From Raja brachyura (taxonomy: Eukaryota), in the NCBI GenBank assembly GCA_963514005.1, contig OY740782.1:150722001-150786000 (forward strand): 64,000 nucleotides of DNA, given 5' to 3'. The translations under genes were made by a program, and so were the position numbers. The notes beneath the pieces were generated by a model that saw nothing but the letters and a program-made list of their open reading frames with translations, searched no databases and had not been told where the DNA came from. Shown in pieces: positions 1 through 11,152 of the stretch (positions are counted from its first letter, which is position 1; each line of letters starts with the position of its first letter).

Positions 1-1304
1 ATTGGGTCACGTCAAGGGTTACCCTCCCCTATAATATTTGTCTGATAAACAGTGGCGAGGGCTTTGCTCAGTATATTAGCAGTACATCCCTCTGCCCTTG
101 TAGAATTGGAACGAGCAATGTTTATGGAGATAACCATGTATTTACCAGTGGTGTCATTGCCCGCGGAGTGACTCCAGCGGATATACCGATAATGCTTAGT
201 GTGATTAAATGGTTAAATCAAGGACGGATTCTATCGGTGCAAAGAAATTGACTTTTGACTGACCTGTCATCGATGTCAGTTCAATAGACATTTTGTAACT
301 TTCTCGGTGCCAGAAACATGGCGACTATTTGTGCATTACCTAGGTGAGGTCTGCTGTGCGATTTTACTAGATTATATGGAAAAATAGAGAAATTCCCTGT
401 ATCTAGCTGCATGTGGCAATAAAGTATCATTGAATCATTGATTTTACTTCGGAGTCACGTGAGTGACTACGTGAAGAAGACCCCGCCTGGCGCTGGAACG
501 GCATTACGTCGACGCTATCGGCAGAGGAAGAGCTGCAGAGCGCAGCTCCAGCACAGCGGTAAGGAAACGGCCCGCAGGTAAGTAAAATTATTTTACTTCC
601 AGGGCGTTTTTCTTAAAACTCCGTAGGCTGGTAGGAAACCAGCAGGAGTTTAAATAAAAATAAAAAATAAAATGTTTTAAAAAGAAAATCGCGGGTAAAA
701 CGTGCGTCCCGGGGTGTAAAAAGTCGGGACAGCAGACTATTGCGGAGCAGGTTCCGGTACCGGTGGCCGATTGAAATACCCGTTAGGGAGCCTTTAGTTG
801 TTCCACAAACAACACTTGAAAACCCAGTGCCTAAAAGTAAAAAGAGGCTTGAAAGGCCTGAGGTTTCTAAAAGATCCTGTAAAGTAAGCCTAAAATTGGC
901 TAAGTATGGATCTAATGGAGGAAATACTCCAAATTATATCAACCAAGGGTCTAAGTACCCAGAATATTCCCAGGCAGCCCCTGAGGGGGTTCCATATCGT
1001 GAATATGGTGCCAATTCGAATTGGGAATTTGAAACCCCAGTGCCTGGGTATGGACTGGAGGAAGTCTCCTTGAACGAGTTTCAGGAGTACCAGGGCTGTA
1101 TGTGACAGACCCTGAAAGTGGTGTTTGTGGTCAGAAGTACCCACCACAATGCAAATCCAGGTGTGTCTGAGGGGCACAAAGTTACTATACCTGGTGGAGG
1201 CGGTGAGGCCATGGAAGGAACCTGGCGGCCAATGTTAATTATATGGTCTCTCACCTGCCTCAAGAAGCTGTTATGGTTGAAACAGCAGATTTGCATTTAA
1301 ACAT

Positions 1305-1370
1305 GTGCTCGCTTCGGCAGCACATATACTAAAATTGGAATAATACAGAATATAATGCATGAAGCATTCT
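1305..1370 (+). ncRNA. RNU6: U6 snRNA fragment (pseudogene) inside the DIRS gag region
   Basis: GTGCTCGCTTCGGCAGCACATATACTAAAATTGGAA (1305-1340) matches vertebrate U6 nt 1-36, then TAATACAGA. TGAAGCATTC (~1360-1369) resembles the U6 3' end, so the copy is internally deleted or truncated. Confidence 0.9.
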
Positions 1371-1819
1371 AAAACACCTTTAAGTAGGTAGCTGGTAAAT
1401 CCGGGTTTTAGGCGCCAATGTCAGCAATTATGCGGGCGCAGGAATTACGATTAAAAGAATCCTCAAACTAATTGGCATCACTGTCTTTTAAGACAAGCTG
1501 GGAAGTTGTGGAATGACTAAAGTTCAGAATGAAACAAAATATGTTAGGTTTATTCTGCAAACTTATTTGAGTTAAATTATATAAATAGAAGATTGCCATT
1601 CGGCCTCTTTTACATCCAAAGATTTACAGGACAAGCAATGTTCAAACTCCTGGTTATTGATTCGGAGAAAATCTGTTTAAGCAAATTAAGTATGGATGAA
1701 GGGGAAGAAACTGTTGGTCTTATGAAACCCTTCAGTTGGCCAGTAGGCTGGTCATATGGAAAAGGGATTTGATTTGAGCCGAGGCAGGAGTATGATAAGG
1801 AAGAATTTCCAGCCAGCAA

Positions 1820-1914
1820 ATCGTTTCTCGGCTTTTTGGCTAAGATTAAGCATGGTATCTGTTCTTATCAGTTTAAATCTGATACGTCCCTTATCTAGGT
1901 ACCATATATTAAAT
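1820..1914 (+). ncRNA. RNU2: U2 snRNA 5' fragment (pseudogene, ~nt 1-95) inside the DIRS gag region
   Basis: ATCGtTTCTCGGCtTTTTGGCTAAGATtAAG...GTATCTGTTCTTATCAGTTTAAATCTGATACGTCCC...ACCATATATTAAAT. Starts at U2 nt 1 and stops just before the Sm site. Confidence 0.9.
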
Positions 1915-1949
1915 AAAATAACGAATGTACACCCACATTTTTGGGTAAG

Positions 1950-4720
1950 GAGGTAATTTCGTCAAACAGTTGGGGAGGTACAAAACTTAATCCTATTTAA
2001 GAAGGATGTTTGGATGAACCTCAGATTGGTGGTAGACTCCAAATGTTGATAATGAAGAGGTATGGATCCATTGGGACACAATAACCTGATCATTCTTCAT
2101 GTTATAGTCTTGGAATAATTCAAATTGACAAAGACGTGAGAATTTGTGTGAGGAAGGAGGTATTGAGAAACAGGAAAGGATCCACAACAATTGTATCAAA
2201 TATTTTCCCCAGGCCATAGAAGATGGGGTTGTACAATCATGTTAGATCTCACACAATTAAATATATTGTCCAGTAAAATTTTTTAAAATGGACACATTCA
2301 ACACTGCAATAGAGCAGGTATCAACAGGTGGTTATGGCTGCAATAAATTGAAGAGATGCATATTTCGGTCCCAATTCACCATAATTTCATAGGTAATTAA
2401 GTTATGGATGAGACAGTTTGTGGTACTACAAGCTTTGCCTTTGAGGATTAAGCCAGCATTTGCACTGCCTTAGGCACAAAAGTACATCGTTATGGCTTAT
2501 CTAGATGACATTTAATTGTCAATGCTAATCAGGAGCCAGGTGGAAAATTAGTCAGTAACTACAAGTTGTTTGAGAAGTTGGGTTCCTGATCCATCCAACA
2601 AATCTAAGTTACAGCAATCCCAAACCATTGAATATCTGGGGTTTGAGATTAACTCAGTTACCATGTTGGTAACTTTACCAATGGATAAGTGTTGGATTTG
2701 ACAAATGTGTGTCAAGACCTGATTTACAAACCTTATCCCTCCATCCGAGAGGTTGCCAAGATTATTGGTAAATTGGCAGCAGCATTTCCAGACAGTAGAG
2801 TTTGGTCGTCTACATTACCAAAATCTTCAAAGGGCAAAAACTCAAGCGCTTATTCAGCGAGCAAGCCATTTGATAGGCCAATGCAATTGCCTAAGGAAGT
2901 TTCATCAGAATTACATTGATGGATTGAGAATGTACCATAAGCTGCTTAGAACTTTTAGTTCATCAGCCAGTAGTGTTTTTGCAAAATGACGAAGTTCTCT
3001 CGGATGGGGGGGGGTGGGGTACGGATAATGAGACCAGCTGTAGAGGCAGATGGGCTGTCCAAGAGGATTTATTGTTCCAAACATATGGTATTAATTATTT
3101 GGAGCTCTTGGTAGCATTTTATGTATTAAAAGCTTATTGCCCTTCATTAAAGGATTTGCATGTCCAAGTACAAATAGATTATACCACAACTGTGGCATAT
3201 ATTAATCACATGGGTGGTGTTAGATCAATATCATGTGATCATCTGGTAAACCAGATGTGCCAATGGTGTATGGCAAAAAATATTTGGCTTTCAGCTATTT
3301 ATCTCTCGGGGAGAGACAATGTTGTGACAGATAAAGATCACAAATATTTGAAGACAATACAGAATGGATGTTTAATCCACACAATTTCAAAATATTGTCA
3401 GTCGGTATGGAGTGCCGGACATTGATCTGTTTGCATCTAGATTGAATCACCAATTGCTCAAATACGTGTCTTGGGGAACACGATCCAGCGGCAGTAGCGG
3501 TGGATGTTTTCTCGCTACACTGGGGAATTTGTTATTTTATGATTTCCCCCATTCTGTCTCATTGGGCAATGTCTCAATAAAAAGCGCAAGACGCTGTCGA
3601 ATGCAATTTTCGTGGTGTCAGATTGGCCCACGCAGTCATGATTCCCATTGATGCTAATATGATTCTTGAACCATGTATGACAATTCCCAGTTGCGACAAT
3701 CTGTTGACACAACCAGTAACAAAAGGAATTCATCCATTGCATGATCATATGTATTTGTTAATCTGCAGGTTCTGACCAGACCATTGCAAGAGTTTGTACT
3801 GTCGGGCAGGACCATGGATGTTATAGTTGCAGCTTGGAGGAATAGCACTAAAACAATATAAGTCGCATATAAGGAAATGGGAAGTGTACACAGTCAAAGA
3901 TATCTTATCATGCTGCAAACATTTCAAATGTATTACAGTTCCTTGCTGGGTTACACTTGATGAGCATTTGAGTATAGTGCCATTAATTGTGCTCGTAGTG
4001 CATTGTCATCCTATTTAGGACAAATTTCAGATCGAGATTCATTGGGTCTCACCCATTAGTATCCCGACTCATGAAAGGAATTTCAATAAAATCATCCCAA
4101 GCCCATATATACAGGAATTTGGGATGTTAGCATTGTTCTCACTTTGTTTAAACAATGGACTCCAATTAATTCAATGTCTTTGCAGAAATTAACATTCAAG
4201 GTGGTAAAGTTAATGGCATTGGTATCAGCTCAAAAAGAGTACAAGCTTTGCAGTTGTACGGTTGGATTGCATGCATGTGACTGCAGATAACATTATGTTT
4301 TATGTTTATGACTTGATCAAACAAAGCAGACCAGGAAGAACTGGAATGAAGGTAATGTTTAAAGCATATCCTATTGATGAAACATTGTGTGTGGTTAAGC
4401 ATTTAACTCAGTACATTGAGGTAACCAAAATCTCAGAGGTTCTGAGAAAGCGTTATTAATAACACACAAAAAGCCACATACAAAAGGTTCAGTTCAAACC
4501 ATTTCTGGATGGTTTGTGTCTAGCAAGAATAGACACTGATGTGTTTAAATCTCACTCCACTAGGGCGGCAGCTACGTCCGTGGCAAAGATACAGGACGTG
4601 CCACTCGATAAAATTTTAGACGCCGCAGGGTGGTCTAGAGAAGAGATTTTCAAAGTTCTAGAATAAACCTGTTGTCACAGTGCCAGGATTTAGACACACA
4701 GTAATGGGTTCTCTTTAATG
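1950..4720 (+). pseudogene. Decayed DIRS RT/RNaseH/methyltransferase and tyrosine recombinase ORFs
   Basis: ORF pieces 2689-2919, 2973-3425, 3412-3651 and 4262-4459 align by eye to the 8166-10175 and 10073-11152 proteins, with many frameshifts and stops. Confidence 0.88.
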
Positions 4721-5311
4721 CTTGCTTTGTTTTATATTATCGATTTATATTATCGATTTATGTTACCATTGACAACATTTATCAATGTATTATGTAATTT
4801 TCCCCTAAGATAGAGGGGTTATTATTAAAAAGTTGTTCTTTTTATGATTAAAGGACTTATTACATAAATTGTAACAATGTCCTAAAATACTATTTACTCA
4901 CTACTGTTTTGACTAAACAGAGAGTCGTATGAAATGAATTTACGACATGAAAAACACAGAGCTTCAAAATCTTCACGTAGTCACTCACGTGACTCCGAAG
5001 TAAAATAGTGAGATTAAACGAGAACTTACCAGTTCGAAGTTTGATCTTTATTTTATGAGGAGTTACGATGAGGGATTACGTGCCCTCCACTCCCAACCCT
5101 CATAATGTAAATGATCATCTGGTAGTTCTAGTCTATTTTGAGCCTTACTATTTTACTTCGGCTATTGGTTTCTGTGTTTTTCATGCCGCTGCTTTGAAGT
5201 ATGCCGTTCCAGCGCCAGGCGGGGTCTTCTTCACGTAATCCCTCATCGTAACTCCTCATAAAATAAAGATCAAACTTCGAACTGGTAAGTTCTCGTTTAA
5301 TCTCACTATTT

Positions 5312-6340
5312 TAGAAACATAGAAACATAGGAAATAGGTGCAGGAGGAGGCCATTCGGCCCTTCAAGCCAGCACCGCCATTCATTGTGATCATGGCTGAT
5401 CGTCCCCAATCAATAACCCGTGCCTGCCTTCCCCCCATATCCCTTGATTCCACTAGCCCCTAGAGCTCTATCTAACTCTCTCTTAAATCCATTCAGTGAT
5501 TTGGCCTCCACTGCCCTCTGTGGCAGGGAATTTGCACAAATTCACAACTCTCTGGGTGAAAGAGTTTTTTCTCACCTCAGTCTTAAATGGCCTCCCCTTT
5601 TTCTAAGACTGTGGCCCCTGGTTCTGGACTCGCCCAACATTGGGAACATTTTTCCTGCATCTAGCTTGTCCAGTCATTTAACCATATAACCATACAACAA
5701 TTACAGCACGGAAACAGGCCCTCTCGGCCCTTCCAGTCCGTGCCGACCTTCCAGTCCGTGACAGTCCTTTTATAATTTTATATGTTTCTATAAGATTGCC
5801 CCTCGTCCTTCTAATCTCCAGTGAATACAAGCCTAGATTTTTCAATCTTTCCTCATATGACAGTCCCGCCATCCCTGGGATCAATCACGTGAACCTACGC
5901 TGCACTGCCTCAATCACAAGGATGTTCTTCATCCTCCAGATGTGGTCTCACCAGAGTCCTATACAACTGCAGAAGAACCTCTCTACTCCTATACTGAAAT
6001 CCTGTTGTTATGAAGGCCAACATTCCATTAGCTTTCTTCACTGCCTGCTGTACCTGCATGCCAACTTTCAGTGACAGGTGTACAAGGACATCCAGGTGTA
6101 CAAGGACTCCCTGTACCTCCCCCTTACCTAACCTAACCCCATTGAGATAATAATCCACCCCCTTGTTTTTGCTGCCAAAATGGATAACCTCACATTTATC
6201 CATATTATACTGCATCTGCCACGCATCTGCCCATTCATTCAACCTGTCCAGGTCACCTCTGCGACCTCCTAACATCCTCTTCACAGTTCACACTGCCACC
6301 CAGCTTTGTGTCATCCACAAACTTGCTAGTGTTGCTCCTA
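5312..6340 (-). mobile_element. CR1 LINE, 3' part (continues at 11637-11970 after the DIRS insertion)
   Basis: RT C-terminal motifs (WQMQYN..KCEVIHFG, LVRPHLE, YSLE.RR.RG) and a (GAAACATA)n tail. A small 3' piece of another CR1 subfamily is nested at ~5680-5760. Confidence 0.88.
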
Positions 6341-7233
6341 ATTTCATTTCGGAGTCACGTGAGTGACTTCGTGAAGAGCCCGCCGGCACGCATGCGCGAC
6401 ATATCGTCGCAACGCATTGCTGCCGACAGCTGGCGGTGGGGCGCGCTCCTCGCCAGCCCTTCAAAAGGAGCCGCTTAGGTAAGTTAAACTAACCTTAAGT
6501 TGGTTGGCCCTTGCTGTCGGTTTTGTCTTTCAGCAAGGGTGCGGTTTGGAGTGTTTGGAAATGTCTGGACGAAGTCGTCGTTTGACCGGCCCGGCGCCAT
6601 CATCGGTTACACCTGGGGCCGGGAAGAGAGCGGGGAAATCATTGCCATCTGCTGCTGCAGGCCGGGACCCGCTGAGTCGCCACAGCTCCGAGGAGGAGTG
6701 CGTGGAGGAGGACGTCGGGGTGCCTCCTGAAAGGGTGGACCCTGCCACAAGTTCGCCTTTGGCGACAACGGGGAAGGGGTCTCGTGCTGCGGCCCGACCC
6801 CCCTCCGCTAGCCCTTCATTAAAAGGCAGCAGAGGAGCCCGTAAGCCTAACCCGGTTCGGGCCAAGGCTCCACCAGCCGCCATGGAGCGGTCTGGTGCAA
6901 CGGCGGGACCTGGGTCGTTAAGGTCTGCTATCCAACTCCCAACCCCCGCTGCCGGGACGGGGGGCTTGGGTACGGTCCCGCCTCGGTCGCCGAGTCCCCC
7001 ATGGACGAGACCATGCGTCGGCACCGTCCAAATTGTGGACAGCCGGCAAGCCCGCGCGGGCGTCGCTCCATGCTTCTGCTGGAGTCGACCCCAAGCCGTC
7101 AGGGCCCTTTGTGGCAACGGCTTCTACTCCTGCCAAGAAGAGGCGGTTGGACACCTTGCCCGCGCGGGACTCGCACGGTTTCGCTGCGGCGGCCTAAAGC
7201 GATCCATTCCGGCACCGAGATCACTTCTCTGAG

Positions 7234-8256
7234 GTGCGGGCCAATGATAGGAGCCCCGGCATGTTTTCTGAGCCAGAGGACTCCGACCATCCAAGTGTTC
7301 AGGATGGGGGGCGTATTGACCGCATCGAGCGGCTGCTGGAGCTGGTACTCCATAATCAACAGCAGTACGCACCCACGGATATCGTCAGGCACAGGGCCAC
7401 CTCGCCGGTTTCCCTCATCAGCGAGCCACAAGGGGAAGAAGGGTTTGACCCCACCCCAACACCGTCGGAGCCACCGACAGCTGAGTTACTGGACGTGGCA
7501 GCCAAATTTGCTGCACCAATTACAACTGGACTTCCGCTCCAGCCAAAGCTGGCAGCAACAGTGGACTTTCTCACGAATCATCGGTTGCAGGAGGAAGTAC
7601 TCTCACAGGCCACTCAGCGCCACAAGGCCCCGTCCAACTGTAATGCCCTCAACGTGCCACTGGTCAATACGCCCATATGGGGCAACATCGGCGTGGCTGT
7701 CCGCCATCAGGAGGTTAAACTCCAGCGGATCCTCAAACTCCTCACGGCCGGTATTACCGCCTTTGCGCGGTCGGTCGATGGAACGGACCTGTCATTGGAT
7801 CAGGAGGATGCGTTAGCACTATTATGTGCCACCCAGCATGAAATCAACGATTTCCGGAAGAACAGCATCCGTCCGTCTATCAACCCAAAATTTGCTGGGT
7901 TGTGTAAGCCACCGCCGCCCCCACCGCCCCGACAACTCTTCGGGGAAGACCTTCCGAAGAGGGTCAAGGAGCTGGACGAGGTAGCCAAAACGGTGGGACT
8001 TATGCGATCTCAGATCGCCCCCAGACCGATGGTGCCAAAAGCTCCCCCTGCTCGACCGCGAGGTCCGGTCGCATCAGCATCAAGACCATATGCTACTACT
8101 CAGCACTACTACCAACAGGGCCAGCAGCAGCGGTCTTTTTTAGGGTCAGGCACACAGCGACCCCAGTGGAAGATGAAGCCATCTTATCGTCAGCCCAACC
8201 CAGCACCTCCTCGGCCACCCAAGTATGTCAGGGACCGCCGGTGGCCATGGAGGTAA
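7234..8256 (+). CDS. DIRS gag-like ORF1, C-terminal conserved part (the N-terminus from ATG 6561 appears disrupted)
   Basis: Position upstream of pol, low-complexity N-terminus and homology to the decayed copy. The same frame has a TAA at 7195-7197 after an AKKRRL NLS-like motif. Confidence 0.75.
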   Translation: MRANDRSPGMFSEPEDSDHPSVQDGGRIDRIERLLELVLHNQQQYAPTDIVRHRATSPVSLISEPQGEEGFDPTPTPSEPPTAELLDVAAKFAAPITTGLPLQPKLAATVDFLTNHRLQEEVLSQATQRHKAPSNCNALNVPLVNTPIWGNIGVAVRHQEVKLQRILKLLTAGITAFARSVDGTDLSLDQEDALALLCATQHEINDFRKNSIRPSINPKFAGLCKPPPPPPPRQLFGEDLPKRVKELDEVAKTVGLMRSQIAPRPMVPKAPPARPRGPVASASRPYATTQHYYQQGQQQRSFLGSGTQRPQWKMKPSYRQPNPAPPRPPKYVRDRRWPWR

Positions 8257-10175
8257 GGCGGTCTGGGTTTCTTTCCCCTGCCCCTTTAATCTCACATGTG
8301 GGAGGGCGACTCCGGTTCTTTGCTAAAGCTTGGGTATCAGTTACTTCGGATAAATTTGTTTTACAAAATATTCGGGGTCATTCTATTGAATTTATTCACG
8401 GCAACATTCCTCCATCCCAGCATATGCCTAAACGGAAGTTTACGCTGTCTGCTGTTGAGCAGGCAGCAGGCACGGCTGAAATTTTTCGTTTGGAACAAAA
8501 AGGCGTGATAGAGAAAACTATTCACGAGCCCATTGAATTCGTCTCCAATATATTTACTAGACCAAAAAAGGATGGAGGTTGTCGGGTAATTATTGATTTG
8601 ACCCAGTTGAATACCTTTGTAACATATACACATTTCAAAATGGACACCTTTGAGACAGCCAAATCACTGATTTCGCATGGTTGCTTTATGGCATGTATTG
8701 ATTTAAAAGATGCATACTATTCAGTGTCTACCCGGAAACATCACCGCAAATTTTTGAAATTTGTCTGGATGGATCAGCTCTGGCAATATCGAGCCTTACC
8801 AAATGGGCTTACTACTGCCCCTAGGCTCTTTACTAAATTACTTAAACCTATTATGGCCAAATTACGCATAGAACATCACATTGTAATGGCTTATTTGGAT
8901 GATATTCTGATTATTGGCAATACTCTGGAAGCAGCTGAAAGCGCTGTTTCAGCAACTGTTACTATATTTCAGCAACTGGGGTTTATAGTTCATCCAGAAA
9001 AATCGAAGTTTCACCCATCCCAGGTTATGGATTATTTGGGTTTCACGGTGGACTCTATTCAAATGAGGGCCACCATTCCATTTCACAAGGTGGAGGATGT
9101 CTCCCTTGCATGTCAGGATCTCGCATCCGCCAGTATACCATCTATTCGGCATACAGCTAAGATAATTGGGAAAATCGTAGCTTTATTTCCGGCAGCCCGG
9201 TTTGGGCCTTTGCATTATCAAAACCTGCAAAGGGCCAAAATTATTGCGTTAAAAAAGAACGCTGGTCATTTTGACAGACCTGTGGAGCTGCCTTCTGATG
9301 CTAAGGTTGAGCTACAATGGTGGGTGTCCAATATTGGTAGGGCATTCAAACCCATTGTTGTGCCCAATCCGGTGGTATATTTGCAAACTGACGCAAGCTC
9401 TCTAGGCTGGGGAGCTGCGGACAGCTCTTCTAGTTGTGGAGGCAGGTGGGATCCCCTTGAAGCTAGCATGTTGCTAATACAAGGGATTAACTATTTGGAG
9501 CTGCTTGCAGCATTTCACGGACTGCGGGCATATTGTGCTCATCTTAGTGGTACTCATGTCCGTCTCCAAATAGACAACACCACAGCGGTGGCATATTTAA
9601 ACCATATGGGCGGTACCAGGTCAGTCTCTTGTGACAAATTGGCTAATACTATTTGGTGCTGGTGTATTGATCGAGATATTTGGATTTCAGCCACCTATTT
9701 GCCAGGTAGGCTTAATACTGTGGCAGACACCAGGTCACGCAAATTCAATGATAGTATTGAGTGGATGCTGCATCCTCAAATATTTGCCCAAATTACAGCC
9801 AAATTTGGCCAACCGGATATCGACCTTTTTGCGTCCCGGTTGAACCATCAGGTACCGACATATGTTTCATGGGAACCAGACCCTGGGGCATTAGCGATTG
9901 ATGCATTCTCGCTAGACTGGGGGAAGTGGTTTTTCTATGCATTCCCCCCGTTTTGCCTCATCAGTCGGGTATTACAAAAAATCAGGATGGATTCTGCCAG
10001 AGGCATTCTTGTCATACCCGACTGGCCTACACAGCCTTGGTATCCGGTGGTCTCTGACATGATTAGTCAACCTTGGGTCCCTCTAGAGGGTTGCCCGCAT
10101 GTGGTTTCTCACCCTGTCTCAGGGGAGTTACACCCCTGCCATGCCTATCTAAAATTACTGGCTTGCAGGTTCTGA
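8166..10175 (+). CDS. DIRS pol: reverse transcriptase, RNase H and DAM-like methyltransferase domain (likely ATG at 8247)
   Basis: IDLKDAYY, LPNGL, YLDD (RT); TDAS, INYLELLA, IDNTT (RNase H); IDLFAS, YAFPPF (MT). Uninterrupted 669 aa. Confidence 0.95.
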   Translation: MEDEAILSSAQPSTSSATQVCQGPPVAMEVRRSGFLSPAPLISHVGGRLRFFAKAWVSVTSDKFVLQNIRGHSIEFIHGNIPPSQHMPKRKFTLSAVEQAAGTAEIFRLEQKGVIEKTIHEPIEFVSNIFTRPKKDGGCRVIIDLTQLNTFVTYTHFKMDTFETAKSLISHGCFMACIDLKDAYYSVSTRKHHRKFLKFVWMDQLWQYRALPNGLTTAPRLFTKLLKPIMAKLRIEHHIVMAYLDDILIIGNTLEAAESAVSATVTIFQQLGFIVHPEKSKFHPSQVMDYLGFTVDSIQMRATIPFHKVEDVSLACQDLASASIPSIRHTAKIIGKIVALFPAARFGPLHYQNLQRAKIIALKKNAGHFDRPVELPSDAKVELQWWVSNIGRAFKPIVVPNPVVYLQTDASSLGWGAADSSSSCGGRWDPLEASMLLIQGINYLELLAAFHGLRAYCAHLSGTHVRLQIDNTTAVAYLNHMGGTRSVSCDKLANTIWCWCIDRDIWISATYLPGRLNTVADTRSRKFNDSIEWMLHPQIFAQITAKFGQPDIDLFASRLNHQVPTYVSWEPDPGALAIDAFSLDWGKWFFYAFPPFCLISRVLQKIRMDSARGILVIPDWPTQPWYPVVSDMISQPWVPLEGCPHVVSHPVSGELHPCHAYLKLLACRF

Positions 10176-11152
10176 CCAGGCCATGGATGCAGTATGGCCT
10201 TACCACCCGGACCATGAACACCATTGGAGCATCATGCCGAGAGTCAACCAGGCGGAGATATCTCTCCCACATCACCAAGTGGGAAGCCTACTGCAGTCGC
10301 TCTCACATCACCTATGACGATGTCTCCATAGCCGACGTCCTGGAATTCCTCGCGGGGTTGCACCATGATGAGCACTTGAGTTATAGTGCCATCAACAGCG
10401 CCAGGAGTGCGCTATCATTCTACCTCAACATCGAGGTAGGATCGAACAGGCTAGTGTCCAGGCTTATGCGGGGAATATTCAATCTGAATCCGCCTACACC
10501 ACGCTACAACATCACCTGGGATGTCAGGGATGTACTTACCCTGCTCAGGTCGTGGTCACCTATGGAAGGGTTACAGCTGGACCAACTCACTATGAAATTG
10601 GTGATGCTACTAGCGCTGACTTCAGCACAGCGGGTTCAGACGCTCCACAAACTACGTATTGACAGGATGACGTCGACCCCTGGAGAAGTAGTCTTTTTCA
10701 TCGATGAGCTACTTAAGCAGCATAGACCTGGGTGCACAGGGCTGCAGCTGAAGTTCCCGGCATACCCTGCAGATGCTCGGCTATGTTTAGCCACTCACAT
10801 CCGTTACTACATCAAGGTGACGAGGAGCATCAGAGGAATGGAGTTGTACCTGCTTGTCACTCACAAAAGACCTCACCATCGAGTGACAGTCCAGACGATA
10901 TCCAGGTGGCTCCGGATCGTCCTGGCTAAGGCAGGTATTGACACTAATGTGTTTAAATCCCACTCCACCAGGGCTGCATCTACGTCGGCGGCGAGGGTCA
11001 TGGAGGTACCCATGGACCATATCCTCGCCACAGCAGGATGGTCGAATGAAGCTGTGTTCCAGCGTTTCTATAATAAGCCTGTTGCTGCTCCCCTTCAGTT
11101 TGCAGAGGCCGTGCTGAACGCCGGGTGTGAACGTGGGGATGTCCCTGATTGA
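10073..11152 (+). CDS. DIRS tyrosine recombinase
   Basis: SAQR, HSTRAAS, GW and FQRFY catalytic motifs; overlaps the end of pol. Confidence 0.95.
   Translation: MGPSRGLPACGFSPCLRGVTPLPCLSKITGLQVLTRPWMQYGLTTRTMNTIGASCRESTRRRYLSHITKWEAYCSRSHITYDDVSIADVLEFLAGLHHDEHLSYSAINSARSALSFYLNIEVGSNRLVSRLMRGIFNLNPPTPRYNITWDVRDVLTLLRSWSPMEGLQLDQLTMKLVMLLALTSAQRVQTLHKLRIDRMTSTPGEVVFFIDELLKQHRPGCTGLQLKFPAYPADARLCLATHIRYYIKVTRSIRGMELYLLVTHKRPHHRVTVQTISRWLRIVLAKAGIDTNVFKSHSTRAASTSAARVMEVPMDHILATAGWSNEAVFQRFYNKPVAAPLQFAEAVLNAGCERGDVPD

Larger units (their letters stand above)
441..5310 (+). mobile_element. DIRS1-type tyrosine-recombinase retrotransposon, non-autonomous (decayed gag, RT-RNaseH-MT and YR)
   Basis: Left ITR 468-504 is the exact reverse complement of 5201-5237. 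ICR ~4970-5082 is complementary to both termini. Ends are ATT...ATT. Fragmented ORFs match the neighbouring DIRS (INYLELL, DIDLFASRLN, FKSHSTRAA). Confidence 0.93.

Noticed and set aside
1289-1296. ATTTGCAT octamer just upstream of the U6 fragment, suggesting a real U6 gene
   Set aside because: It lies in gag-homologous sequence only 8 nt from +1. There is no PSE/TATA arrangement, and the U6 is incomplete with no T-run terminator.
1600-1630. Weak resemblance to U5 loop I
   Set aside because: Explained by gag homology (RPLLHP.FTG versus RPSINPKFAG in the intact DIRS).
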